Part shown: positions 39,371 through 57,200 of the stretch, piece after piece
Layout: each line of letters starts with the position of its first letter
Position numbering within the stretch: the stretch's first letter is position 1
Source of the DNA: Eledone cirrhosa
Taxonomy: Eukaryota
Direction of reading: 5' to 3'
NCBI GenBank assembly: GCA_964016885.1
Contig: OZ024743.1
Span: forward strand, 123,876,001 to 123,940,000
DNA: 64,000 bases
Notes under the pieces: generated by a model
Told to the model about the DNA's origin: nothing
Databases searched by the model: none
The model's input: the letters and a program-made list of their open reading frames with translations, nothing else
Program-made: the position numbers and the translations under genes

Positions 39371-40079
39371 CACAGGTTCTCAACCCATTTAGGCCAAACG
39401 CCCCCTTTTGTCCCTATAAATCCCGAAACAACCCCCCCCCCCCCCCCACCCTATTTTTTCACTTTTTCAATATACTACTGATTTTTATATCAGCAGATTA
39501 CTAAAAAATTGATTAACAATATTCCAAACGTGTGTATTATCTGATTATGTGTTGTATGTGGTCCTAGATGTGTGTGCTACTCGCTTCTGTTTTTTTCTTT
39601 TCTTTTTTTTATTTGTAATATTATTTATACAATAGGGAATAAAATAGATCTACATAGTGTTAACTCGTTACGGTTGAGTCAATAATTTCAGACAAGAAAT
39701 ACATTGTTATCGGTGAAGGAAAGATAAGATTCTAACTTTCTGCGCTCAAAGTGTCTTTGACCCAGTTGACTGTGGGTTTTTCCATTTTTAGGATCTCGAT
39801 TACCGGTTAATGTCTCAATTACAAGACATGCCTGCACACCTGATCACAGCTGCAGACAGCATAACTATAGTCTGACCGCAGGTGTGCAGGCATGTCCGGT
39901 AATTGAGACGTTAACCGGTAATTGAGATCCTAAAACATGGAAAAACCCAGCGCCCCCCTAACCCCCTACCCAGCTCCAAACGCCCCCCTAACGCGACCTT
40001 GCTCCCAAACGCCTCCCTGGAGTTCTGAAACGCCCCCCCCCCCCCCGAGGGTGCATATGCCCCCCGTTGAGAACCTTTG
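39371..40079. mobile_element. hAT non-autonomous element with perfect 8-bp TSD and internal palindrome
   Basis: TIRs cacaggttctcaac / gttgagaacctttg; TSD ATGTAAAC at 39363-39370 and 40080-40087. Confidence 0.9.
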
Positions 40080-40572
40080 ATGTAAACAAACAAATTGGTA
40101 AGGCAACGTAAAGAGAGGAAAATGAGAAACAACTCAATGATACATGTGAACTTAAGTTCTAGCAAATCAATGACGCAGATCAGACGAGAGGAAGTGAGAG
40201 CGGGCGGTAGCAGAAAGTGAGTGAGTGAAAGTGTGAGGAAGAGGCCAGCCGAGAGAGTGTGACCAGCAGAGGGGGTGAATGAAAGTAAGAGGTAGAAGGA
40301 GAGAGAAGGGGGGGGGGAGAAAGATGATAGCAGTAAGGTGATAGAAGAGGACGAGTCACAGCGAGGGGAAACAATATAGGAATGAAAAATGGCCTGCTGC
40401 GTTGTTGCTTTGTGATACATATGAATGAAAAATAGAGCAAGAAAAGTATATATTAAGTTAAAAACTCACAAAATTTTCCGAGCCTTGTAAGTATTATCCT
40501 TAGTTAGTAGTTTCTTCACTCTGGCGGTTTACGTTCCTTGTGAATTGAACGCATATATGTATATATCTGTGC

Positions 40573-40758
40573 TTGGATTGGCAGTATCAGTAGAGGGTCT
40601 GGCGGCATGCTTTCTAGCAGAGTTACGTCCCTTTGCGATCCGAGTTCAAATCCCGTCGAGGTTAACTTTACCTTTCATCCTTACAGGGTCGATAAATTAA
40701 AGTACCAGTAATACACTGGGATAATTGGTGGCCTTGTGTCAAAAGTAGAAACAATTAT
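40573..40758 (+). mobile_element. SINE
   Basis: Same family as 13879. Confidence 0.88.
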
Positions 40759-40789
40759 ATTATATATATGTGTGTGTTAAGTATTTCCG

Positions 40790-40864
<75 letters not shown>

Positions 40865-40879
40865 AGTGTAAAATCCCTC

Positions 40880-41400
40880 CCTAGTTTTCAAGATGTTATT
40901 TTGGTGAATTCAGTTGATACAGCCTGTTTGAGTTCTTGAACAGTTTTCGGAGAGGAAGCTTACACAATAGACTTAATATGCCCCCAGAAATAAAAATCCA
41001 TTGGGGTAAGATCTGAGTATCTTGTTCTTGGTGCCCAATAAATTGGGTGATTATTACCTATCCATCGTTTCCCAAAGTTTTCTTTTAGAGACTGTTTTAC
41101 AATTAGCGACCAATGGCTGGGAGCACTATCATGCATGTAAACTATTCTTGAGAAATATCGCATTTCTTTCATTTGCGGCAATCTGCTTCATCTTGTCCTC
41201 ATCCAAACTGGGTCTTCCACTCCTGTCAAGGTCATGTACTGATCCTCTTTGAGTTTTACAAAGCAAGCTCATATTGTTTTGTGTGAAGTGGCTGAGTTGA
41301 CCATTTTCGCTGAACAACAGATACAGGCTTGTACTCTGCCATTAACAAAACAATTGAAATTCTTTCTTCAGTTGACAACTTTTTTTCTTCAGTTCACTAC
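40880..41400 (-). pseudogene. Tc1/mariner transposase remnant, rosa/DD41D-like
   Basis: GSVHDLDRSGRPS and HDSAPSHW...RWIG...WAPR..SDLTPMDFYFWGHIKSIV. There are 43 residues between the last two Asp, or 41 if the apparent 2-codon duplication (TR) is removed. Confidence 0.8.
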
Positions 41401-41405
41401 ACGTA

Positions 41406-41799
41406 TAATAATTGTTTCTACTTTTGGCACAAGGCCAGCAATTAACCAGTACATTACAGGTACTTTATTTTATCGACCCCATAAGGATGAAAGGCAAAGT
41501 TAACCTCGACGGGATTTGAACTCAGACAGTAAAGGGACGTAAAGGGAAAGCATGGCGTCCAACCCTCTACCGATACTGCCAATTCACCATAATAATGGTT
41601 TCTTATATAGGCACAAGACTAGCAATTTTGGGGAAGTAGAAAGTCGATTAAATCGAAAACAGTGCGTGACTGGTACTTTATTTTATTGACCATGTAAGGA
41701 TGAAAGGTAAAGTTAACCTCGGTGAGATTTGAACTCAGATCATAAAGGGCCGTAACTCTATGCTGCAAAGCATGGCGTCCGACCCTCTACCGATACTGC
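41406..41799 (-). mobile_element. Two stacked SINEs enclosed by one 11-bp TSD
   Basis: cactacacgta at 41395-41405 and 41800-41810. Confidence 0.9.
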
Positions 41800-42284
41800 C
41801 ACTACACGTACAATAATGAAAATTATTTGTTTACACGTAAAAGAACGTGTGCGAAGCTCGAACCATCGAACTTACGAAGCGCGCTGAGGGAATCAAGTTA
41901 TAGTCGATATAGGATTCTCATGCGCAGAAAATTATTGCAATTACAGTGAGTTTCTAGAAACTCGCTTATAGAATTCGAGTGAAGACCTTTAGAGACGGAA
42001 AGAAGATGTTGTTAGCCACCTCTACGAGAAATCGAACTTCATATCTGTTAGATACCGGCTGAGTGTTGTCATTATTGAGCTAAGGGACCTCTGACAACAT
42101 CTTCCAGTCTAAATTAAGAAGCTGAATCAAACAGCTTTTTTGAAAACTAGAATTGTTTTAACACGCTGGCGCGCATGTGTGTATGAGTGCGCGTGTGTGT
42201 ATGCGCATATGCATACATTTATATGTATGAGTATATAAATATAAACGCACAAACACAGACGACCTTACAAAAATACGCACTCAC

Positions 42285-45200
42285 AGACATACATTCACAC
42301 AAACACATACATATGTTCACACAAACACACATATACATTCACACAAACACACACACACGTTCACACAAACACACACATACATTCACACAAACACATATAT
42401 TCACACAAACACAGACATATATTCACACAAACAGACACATACATTCACACAAACACGCATACATTCACTCAAACACATACATACATTCACACAAACACAC
42501 ACATACATTCTCACAAACACACACATACATTCACACAAACACATATATTCACACAAACACAGACATATATTCACACAAACACACACATACATTCACACAA
42601 ACACACACATACATTCACACAAACACATACATACATTCACACAAACACACACATACATTCACACAAACACACACATAGATTCACACAAACACACACATAC
42701 ATTCACACAAACACATACATTCTCACAAAGACATACATACATTCACACAAACACACACATACATTTACACAAACACACATACATTCACACAAACACACAC
42801 ATACATTCACACAAACACACACATGCATTCACACAAACACACACATACATTCACACAAACACACACATACATTCACACAAACACACACATACATTCACAC
42901 AAACACGCATACATTCACTCAAACACATACATACATTCACACAAACACACACATACATTCACACAAACACACACATACATTCACACAAACACATACATAC
43001 ATTCACACAAACACACACATACATTCACTCAAACACACACATTCTTTCACACAAACACACATACATTAACACAAACACATACATACATTCACACAAACAC
43101 ACACATGCATTCACACAAACACACACATACATTCACACAAACACACACATACATTCACACAAACACACATATATTCACACAAACAGAGACATATATTCAC
43201 ACAAACACACACATACATTCACACAAACACACATATACATTCACACAAACACGCATACATTCACACAAACACATACATACATTCACACAAACACACACAT
43301 ACATTCACACACACACACATACATTCACACAAACACACACATACATTCACACAAACACACACATACATTCACACAAACACATACATTCTCACAAAGACAT
43401 ACATACATTCACACAAACACACACATACATTTACACAAACACACATACATTCACACAAACAGACACATACCTTCACACAAACACACACATACATTCATTC
43501 AAACACACACATATATTCACACAAACACACACATACATTCACACAAACACACACATACATTCACACAAACACACACATGCATTCACACAAACACACACAT
43601 ACATTCACACAAACACACACATACATTCACACAAACAGACACATAAATTCACACAAACACACACATATTCACACAAACACACACGCACATTCACACAAAC
43701 ACACACATACATTCACACAGACACAAACATACATTCACACAAACACACACATATTCACACAAACACACGCATACATTCACACAAACACACAAACATACAT
43801 TCACACAAACACACAAACATACATTCACACAAACACATACATACATTCACACAAACACATACATACATTCACACAAACACACACACATATTCACACAAAC
43901 ACACACACATATTCACACAAACTCACACATACATTCACACAAACACACACATACATTCACACAAACACACACATACATTCACACAAACACACAAACATAC
44001 ATTCACACAAACACACACATACATTCACACAAACACACTTATACATTCACACAAACACATACATACATTCACACAAACACACACACATATTCACACAAAC
44101 TCACACATACATTCACACAAACACACACATACATTCACACAAACGCACACATACATTCACACAAACACACAAACATACATTCACACAAACACACACATAC
44201 ATTCACACAAACACACTTATACATTCACACAAACACACACATACATTCACACAAACACACACATACATTCACACAAACACACACATACTTTCAAACGAAC
44301 ACACTCATACATTCATTCAAACACACACATATATTCACACAAACACACACATACATTCACACAAACACACACATACATTCACACAAACACATACATTCAG
44401 ACAAACACACACATACATTAAACACAAACACACACATATATTCACACAAACACACACATATATTCACACAAACACAAACATATATTCACACAAACAGACA
44501 CATACATTCACACAAACACACATACATTCACACAAACACACATACATTCACACAAACACATACATACATTCACACATATACATTCACGCAAACACACACA
44601 TACATTCACAAAAACACATACATTCACACAAACACACACATACATTCATTCAAACAAACATATATTCACACAAACACACATACATTCACACAAACACACA
44701 AACATACATTCACACAAACACACAAACATACATTCACACAAACACAGACATACATTCACACAAACACACATACATTCAAACGAACACACTCATATATTCA
44801 TTCAAACACACACATATTTTCACACAAACACACACATACATTCATACAAACTCACACATACATTCACACAAACACACACATTCACACAAACACACACATA
44901 TATTCACACAAACAGACACATACATTCAAACAAACACACATCCATTCACAGAAACACACATACATTCACACAAACACATACATACATTCACACACATACA
45001 TTCACGCAAACACACACATACATTCACACAAACACATATATTCACACAAACACACATACATTCACACAAACACACAAACATACATTCACACAAACACACA
45101 AACATACATTCACACAAATACAGACATACATTCACACAAACACACACATACATTCAAACGAACACACACATATATTCATTCAAACACACACATATTTTCA

Positions 45201-48200
45201 CACAAACACACATACATTCACACAAACACACACAGACATTCACACAAACACACATTCATTCACACAAATACACACATACATTCATATAAACACACACATA
45301 CATTCACACAAACACACACACACATTCACACAAACACACACATATTCACACAAACACACACATACATTCACACAAACACACAAACATAAATTCACACAAA
45401 CACACACATACATTCACACAAACACACATACTTTCACACAAACACAGACATTATCACTCAAACAGACACATACATTCCCACAAACTCACACATACATTCA
45501 CACAAACACACATACATTCACACAAACACATACATACATTCACACACATACATCCACACAAACACATACATTCACACAAACACACACATACATTCATTCA
45601 AACACACACATATATTCACACAAACACACATACATTCACACAAACAGACACATATATTCACACAAACACATCCATACATTCACACAAACACACACATACA
45701 TTCACACAAACACACATACATTCACACAAACACACACATACATTCACACAAACACACACATACATTCACACAAACAGACACATAAATTCACACAAACACA
45801 CACATATTCACACAAACACACACGCACATTCACACAAACACACACATACATTCACACAGACACAAACATACATTCACACAAACACACACATATTCACACA
45901 AACACACACATACATTCACACAAACACACAAACATACATTCACACAAACACACAAACATACATTCACACAAATACAGACATACATTCACACAAACACACA
46001 CATACATTCAAACGAACACACACATATATTCATTCAAATACACACATATTTTCACACAAACACACATACATTCACACAAACACACACAGACATTCACACA
46101 AACACACATTCATTCACACAAACACACACATACATTCATATAAACACACACATACATTCACACAAACACACACACACATTCACACAAACACACACATACA
46201 TTCACACAAACACACAAACATAAATTCACACAAACACACACATACATTCACACAAACACACATACTTTCACACAAACACAGACATTATCACTCAAACAGA
46301 CACATACATTCCCACAAACTCACACATACATTCACACAAACACACATACATTCACACGAACACATACATACATTCACACACATACATCCACACAAACACA
46401 TACATTCACACAAACACACACATACATTCATTCAAACACACACATATATTCACACAAACACACATACATTCACACAAACAGACACATATATTCACACAAA
46501 CACATCCATACATTCACACAAACACACACATACATTCACACAAACACACACATACATTCACACAAACACACACATACATTCACACAAACAGACACATAAA
46601 TTCACACAAACACACACATATTCACACAAACACACACGCACATTCACACAAACACACACATACATTCACACAGACACAAACATACATTCACACAAACACA
46701 CACATATTCACACAAACACACACATACATTCACACAAACACACAAACATACATTCACACAAACACACAAACATACATTCACACAAACACATACATACATT
46801 CACACAAACACATACATACATTCACACAAACACACACACATATTCACACAAACACACACACATACTCACACAAACTCACACATACATTCACACAAACACA
46901 CACATACATTCACACAAACACACACATACATTCACACAAACACACAAACATACATTCACACAAACACACAAACATACATTCACACAAACACATACATACA
47001 TTCACACAAACACATACATACATTCACACAAACACACACACATATTCACACAAACACACACACATATTCACACAAACTCACACATACATTCACACAAACA
47101 CACACATACATTCACACAAACACATATATTCACACAAACACAGACATATATTCACACAAACAGACACATACATTCACACAAACACGCATACATTCACTCA
47201 AACACATACATACATTCACACAAACACACACATACATTCTCACAAACACACACATACATTCACACAAACACATATATTCACACAAACACAGACATATATT
47301 CACACAAACACACACATACATTCACACAAACACGCATACATTCACTCAGACACATACATACATTCACACAAACACACACATACATTCACACAAACACACA
47401 CATACATTCACACAAACACATACATACATTCACACAAACACACACATACATTCACACAAACACACACATAGATTCACACAAACACATACATTCTCACAAA
47501 GACATACATACATTCACACAAACACACACATACATTTACACAAACACACATACATTCACACAAACACACACATACATTCACACAAACACAGACATGCATT
47601 CACACAAACACACACATACATTCACACAAACACACACATACATTCACACAAACACACACATACATTCACACAAACACGCATACATTCACTCAAACACATA
47701 CATACATTCACACAAACACACACATACATTCACACAAACACACACATACATTCACACAAACACATACATACATTCACACAAACACACACATACATTCACT
47801 CAAACACACATATTCTTTCACACAAACACACATACATTAACACAAACACATACATACATTCACACAAACACACACATGCATTCACACAAACACACACATA
47901 CATTCACACAAACACACACATACATTCACACAAACACACATATATTCACACAAACAGAGACATATATTCACACAAACACACACATACATTCACACAAACA
48001 CACATATACATTCACACAAACACGCATACATTCACACAAACACATACATACATTCACACAAACACACACATACATTCAGACAAACACACACATACATTCA
48101 CACAAACACATACATACATTCACACAAACACACACATACATTCACTCAAACACACACATTCTTTCACACAAACACACATACATTAACACAAACACATACA

Positions 48201-51200
48201 TACATTCACACAAACACACACATGCATTCACACAAACACACACATACATTCACACAAACACACACATACATTCACACACACACACATACATTCACACAAA
48301 CACACACATACATTCACACAAACACACACATACATTCACACAAACACACACATACATTCACACAAACACATACATTCTCACAAAGACATACATACATTCA
48401 CACAAACACACACATACATTTACACAAACACACATACATTCACACAAACAGACACATACATTCACACAAACACACACATACATTCATTCAAATACACACA
48501 TATATTCACACAAACACACACATACATTCACACAAACACACACATACATTCACACAAACACACACATGCATTCACACAAACACACACATACATTCACACA
48601 AACACACACATACATTCACACAAACAGACACATAAATTCACACAAACACACACATATTCACACAAACACACATGCACATTCACACAAACACACACATACA
48701 TTCACACAGACACAAACATACATTCACACAAACACACACATATTCACACAAACACACACATACATTCACACAAACACACAAACATGCATTCACACAAACA
48801 CACAAACATACATTCACACAAACACATACATACATTCACACAAACACATACATACATTCACACAAACACACACACATATTCACACAAACACACACACATA
48901 TTCACACAAACTCACACATACATTCACACAAACACACACATACATTTACACAAACACACACATACATTCACACAAACACACAAACATACATTCACACAAA
49001 CACACACATACATTCACACAAACACACTTATACATTCACACAAACACATACATACATTCACACAAACACACACACATATTCACACAAACTCACACATACA
49101 TTTACACAAACACACACATACATTCACACAAACGCACACATACATTCACACAAACACACAAACATACATTCACACAAACACACACATACATTCACACAAA
49201 CACACTTATACATTCACACAAACACACACATACATTCACACAAACACACACATACATTCACACAAACACACACATACTTTCAAACGAACACACTCATACA
49301 TTCATTCAAACACACACATATATTCACACAGACACACACATACATTCACACAAACACACACATACATTCACACAAACACATACATTCAGACAAACACACA
49401 CATACATTAAACACAAACACACATATATATTCACACAAACACACACATATATTCACACAAACACAAACATATATTCACACAAACAGACACATACATTCAC
49501 ACAAACACACATACATTCACACAAACACACATATATTCACACAAACACATACATACATTCACACATATACATTCACGCAAACACACACATACATTCACAA
49601 AAACACATACATTCACACAAACACACACATACATTCATTCAAACAAACATATATTCACACAAACACACATACATTCACACAAACACACAAACATACATTC
49701 ACACAAACACACAAACATACATTCACACAAACACAGACATACATTCACACAAACACACATACATTCAAACGAACACACTCATATATTCATTCAAACACAC
49801 ACATATTTTCACACAAACACACACATAAATTCATACAAACTCACACATACATTCACACAAACACACACATTCACACAAACACACACATATATTCACACAA
49901 ACGGACACATACATTCAAACAAACACACATCCATTCACAGAAACACACATACATTCACACAAACACATACATACATTCACACACATACATTCACGCAAAC
50001 ACACACATACATTCACACAAACACATATATTCACACAAACACACATACATTCACACAAACACACAAACATACATTCACACAAACACACAAACATACATTC
50101 ACACAAATACAGACATACATTCACACAAACACACACATACATTCAAACGAACACACACATATATTCATTCAAACACACACATATTTTCAGACAAACACAC
50201 ATACATTCACACAAACACACACAGACATTCACACAAACACACATTCATTCACACAAACACACACATACATTCATATAAACACACACATACATTCACACAA
50301 ACACACACACACATTCACACAAACACACACATATTCACACAAACACACACATACATTCACACAAACACACAAACATAAATTCACACAAACACACACATAC
50401 ATTCACACAAACACACATACTTTCACACAAACACAGACATTATCACTCAAACAGACACATACATTCCCACAAACTCACACATACATTCACACAAACACAC
50501 ATACATTCACACAAACACATACATACATTCACACACATACATCCACACAAACACATACATTCACACAAACACACACATACATTCATTCAAACACACACAT
50601 ATATTCACACAAACACACATACATTCACACAAACAGACACATATATTCACACAAACACATCCATACATTCACACAAACACACACATACATTCACACAAAC
50701 ACACATACATTCACACAAACACACACATACATTCACACAAACACACACATACATTCACACAAACGGACACATAAATTCACACAATCACACACATATTCAC
50801 ACAAACACACACGCACATTCACACAAACACACACATACATTCACACAGACACAAACATACATTCACACAAACACACACATATTCACACAAACACACACAT
50901 ACATTCACACAAACACACAAACATACATTCACACAAACACACAAACATACATTCACACAAATACAGACATACATTCACACAAACACACACATACATTCAA
51001 ACGAACACACACATATATTCATTCAAATACACACATATTTTCACACAAACACACATACATTCACACAAACACACACAGACATTCACACAAACACACATTC
51101 ATTCACACAAACACACACATACATTCATATAAACACACACATACATTCACACAAACACACACACACATTCACACAAACACACACATACATTCACACAAAC

Positions 51201-54200
51201 ACACAAACATAAATTCACACAAACACACACATACATTCACACAAACACACATACTTTCACACAAACACAGACATTATCACTCAAACAGACACATACATTC
51301 CCACAAACTCACACATACATTCACACAAACACACATACATTCACACGAACACATACATACATTCACACACATACATCCACACAAACACATACATTCACAC
51401 AAACACACACATACATTCATTCAAACACACACATATATTCACACAAACACACATACATTCACACAAACAGACACATATATTCACACAAACACATCCATAC
51501 ATTCACACAAACACACACATACATTCACACAAACACACATACATTCACACAAACACACACATACATTCACACAAACACACACATACATTCACACAAACAG
51601 ACACATAAATTCACACAAACATACACATATTCACACAAACACACACGCACATTCACACAAACACACACATACATTCACACAGACACAAACATACATTCAC
51701 ACAAACACACACATATTCACACAAACACACACATACATTCACACAAACACACAAACATACATTCACACAAACACACAAACATACATTCACACAAACACAT
51801 ACATACATTCACACAAACACATACATACATTCACACAAACACACACACATATTCACACAAACACACACACATATTCACACAAACTCACACATACATTCAC
51901 ACAAACACACACATACATTCACACAAACACACACATACATTCACACAAACACACAAACATACATTCACACAAACACACACATACATTCACACAAACACAC
52001 TTATACATTCACACAAACACATACATACATTCACACAAACACACACACATATTCACACAAACACACACATACATTCACACAAACACACACATACATTCAC
52101 ACAAACACACACATACATTCACACAAACACACAAACATAAATTCACACAAACACACACATACATTCACACAAACACACATACTTTCACACAAACACAGAC
52201 ATTATCACTCAAACAGGCACATACATTCCCACAAACTCACACATACATTCAAACAAACACACATCCATTCACAGAAACACACATACATTCACACAAACAC
52301 ATACATACATTCACACACATACATTCACGCAAACACACACATACATTCACACAAACACATATATTCACACAAACACACATACATTCACACAAACACACAA
52401 ACATACATTCACACAAACACACAAACATACATTCACACAAATACAGACATACATTCACACAAACACACACATACATTCAAACGAACACACACATATTTTC
52501 ACACAAACACACATACATTCACACAAACACACACAGACATTCACACAAACACACATTCATTCACACAAACACACACATACATTCATATAAACACACACAT
52601 ACATTCACACAAACACACACACACATTCACACAAACACACACATATTCACACAAACACACACATACATTCACACAAACACACAAACATAAATTCACACAA
52701 ACACACACATACATTCACACAAACACACATACTTTCACACAAACACAGACATTATCACTCAAACAGGCACATACATTCCCACAAACTCACACATACATTC
52801 ACACAAACACACATACATTCACACAAACACATACATACATTCACACACATACATCCACACAAACACATACGTTCACACAAACACACACATACATTCATTC
52901 AAACACACACATATATTCACACAAACACACATACATTCACACAAACAGACACATATATTCACACAAACACATCCATACATTCACACAAACACACACATAC
53001 ATTCACACAAACACACATACATTCACACAAACACACACATACATTCACACAAACACACACATACATTCACACAAACAGACACATAAATTCACACAAACAC
53101 ACACATATTCACACAAACACACACGCACATTCACACAAACACACACATACATTCACACAGACACAAACATACATTCACACAAACACACACATATTCACAC
53201 AAACACACAAACATACATTCACACAAACACACACATACATTCACACAAACACACAAACATACATTCACACAAACACACAAACATACATTCACACAAACAC
53301 ACAAACATACATTCACACAAACACATACATACATTCACACAAACACATACATACATTCACACAAACACACACACATATTCACACAAACTCACACATACAT
53401 TCACACAAACACACACATACATTCACACAAACACACAAACATACATTCACACAAACACACACATACATTCACACAAACACACTTATACATTCACACAAAC
53501 ACATACATACATTCACACAAACACACACACATATTCACACAAACACACACATACATTCACACAAACACACACATACATTCACACAAACACACACATACAT
53601 TCACACAAACACACAAACATACATTCACACAAACACACACATACATTCACACAAACACACTTATACATTCACACAATCACATACATACATTCACACAAAC
53701 ACACACATACATTCACACAAACACACACATACTTTCAAACGAACACACTCATACATTCATTCAAACACACACATATATTCACACAAACACACACATACAT
53801 TCACACAAACACACACAAACACATACATATCACACAAACAGACACATACATTCACACAAACACACAGATACATTAACACACACACACATACATTCACACA
53901 AACACATACATACATCCACACAAACACATACATTCACACAAACACATACATACATTCACACAAACACACACATACATTCACTCAAACACACACATTCTTT
54001 CACACAAACACACATACATTAACACAAACACATACATACATTCACACAAACACACACATGCATTCACACAAACACACACATACATTCACACAAACACACA
54101 CATACATTCACACAAACACACATATATTCACACAAACAGAGACATATATTCACACAAACACACACGTACATTCACACAAACACACATATACATTCACACA

Positions 54201-57200
54201 CACACACATACATTCACACAAACACACACATACATTCACACAAACACACACATACATTCACACAAACACACACATACATTCACACAAACACATACATTCT
54301 CACAAAGACATACATACATTCACACAAACACACACATACATTTACACAAACACACATACATTCACACAAACAGACACATACATTCACACAAACACACACA
54401 TACATTCATTCAAATACACACATATATTCACACAAACACACACATACATTCACACAAACACACACATACATTCACACAAACACACACATGCATTCACACA
54501 AACACACACATACATTCACACAAACACACACATACATTCACACAAACAGACACATAAATTCACACAAACACACACATATTCACACAAACACACACGCACA
54601 TTCACACAAACACACACATACATTCACACAGACACAAACATACATTCACACAAACACACACATATTCACACAAACACACACATACATTCACACAAACACA
54701 CAAACATACATTCACACAAACACACAAACATACATTCACACAAACACATACATACATTCACACAAACACATACATACATTCACACAAACACACACACATA
54801 TTCACACAAACACACACACATATTCACACAAACTCACACATACATTCACACAAACACACACATACATTCACACAAACACACACATACATTCACACAAACA
54901 CACAAACATACATTCACACAAACACACACATACATTCACACAAACACACTTATACATTCACACAAACACATACATACATTCACACAAACACACACACATA
55001 TTCACACAAACTCACACATACATTCACACAAACACACACATACATTCACACAAACGCACACATACATTCACACAAACACACAAACATACATTCACACAAA
55101 CACACACATACATTCACACAAACACACTTATACATTCACACAAACACACACATACATTCACACAAACACACACATACATTCACACAAACACACACATACT
55201 TTCAAACGAACACACTCATACATTCATTCAAACACACACATATATTCACACAAACACACACATACATTCACACAAACACACACATACATTCACACAAACA
55301 CATACATTCAGACAAACACATACATACATTAAACACAAACACACATATATATTCACACAAACACACACATATATTCACACAAACACAAACATATATTCAC
55401 ACAAACAGACACATATATTCACACAAACACACATACATTCACACAAACACACATATATTCACACAAACACATACATACATTCACACATATACATTCACGC
55501 AAACACACACATACATTCACAAAAACACATACATTCACACAAACACACACATACATTCATTCAAACAAACATATATTCACACAAACACACATACATTCAC
55601 ACAAACACACAAACATACATTCACACAAACACACAAACATACATTCACACAAACACAGACATACATTCACACAAACACACATACATTCAAACGAACACAC
55701 TCATATATTCATTCAAACACACACATATTTTCACACAAACACACACATAAATTCATACAAACTCACACATACATTCACACAAACACACACATTCACACAA
55801 ACACACACATATATTCACACAAACAGACACATACATTCAAACAAACACACATCCATTCACAGAAACACACATACATTCACACAAACACATACATACATTC
55901 ACACACATACATTCACGCAAACACACACATACATTCACACAAACACATATATTCACACAAACACACATACATTCACACAAACACACAAACATACATTCAC
56001 ACAAACACACAAACATACATTCACACAAATACAGACATACATTCACACAAACACACACATACATTCAAACGAACACACACATATATTCATTCAAACACAC
56101 ACATATTTTCACACAAACACACATACATTCACACAAACACACACAGACATTCACACAAACACACATTCATTCACACAAACACACACATACATTCATATAA
56201 ACACACACATACATTCACACAAACACACACACACATTCACACAAACACACACATATTCACACAAACACACACATACATTCACACAAACACACAAACATAA
56301 ATTCACACAAACACACACATACATTCACACAAACACACATACTTTCACACAAACACAGACATTATCACTCAAACAGACACATACATTCCCACAAACTCAC
56401 ACATACATTCACACAAACACACATACATTCACACAAACACATACATACATTCACACACATACATCCACACAAACACATACATTAACACAAACACACACAT
56501 ACATTCATTCAAACACACACATATATTCACACAAACACACATACATTCACACAAACAGACACATATATTCACACAAACACATCCATACATTCACACAAAC
56601 ACACACATACATTCACACAAACACACATACATTCACACAAACACACACATACATTCACACAAACACACACATACATTCACACAAACAGACACATAAATTC
56701 ACACAAACACACACATATTCACACAAACACACACGCACATTCACACAAACACACACATACATTCACACAGACACAAACATACATTCACACAAACACACAC
56801 ATATTCACACAAACACACACATACATTCACACAAACACACAAACATACATTCACACAAACACACAAACATACATTCACACAAATACAGACATACATTCAC
56901 ACAAACACACACATACATTCAAACGAACACACACATATATTCATTCAAATACACACATATTTTCACACAAACACACATACATTCACACAAACACACACAG
57001 ACATTCACACAAACACACATTCATTCACACAAACACACACATACATTCATATAAACACACACATACATTCACACAAACACACACACACATTCACACAAAC
57101 ACACACATACATTCACACAAACACACAAACATAAATTCACACAAACACACACATACATTCACACAAACACACATACTTTCACACAAACACAGACATTATC

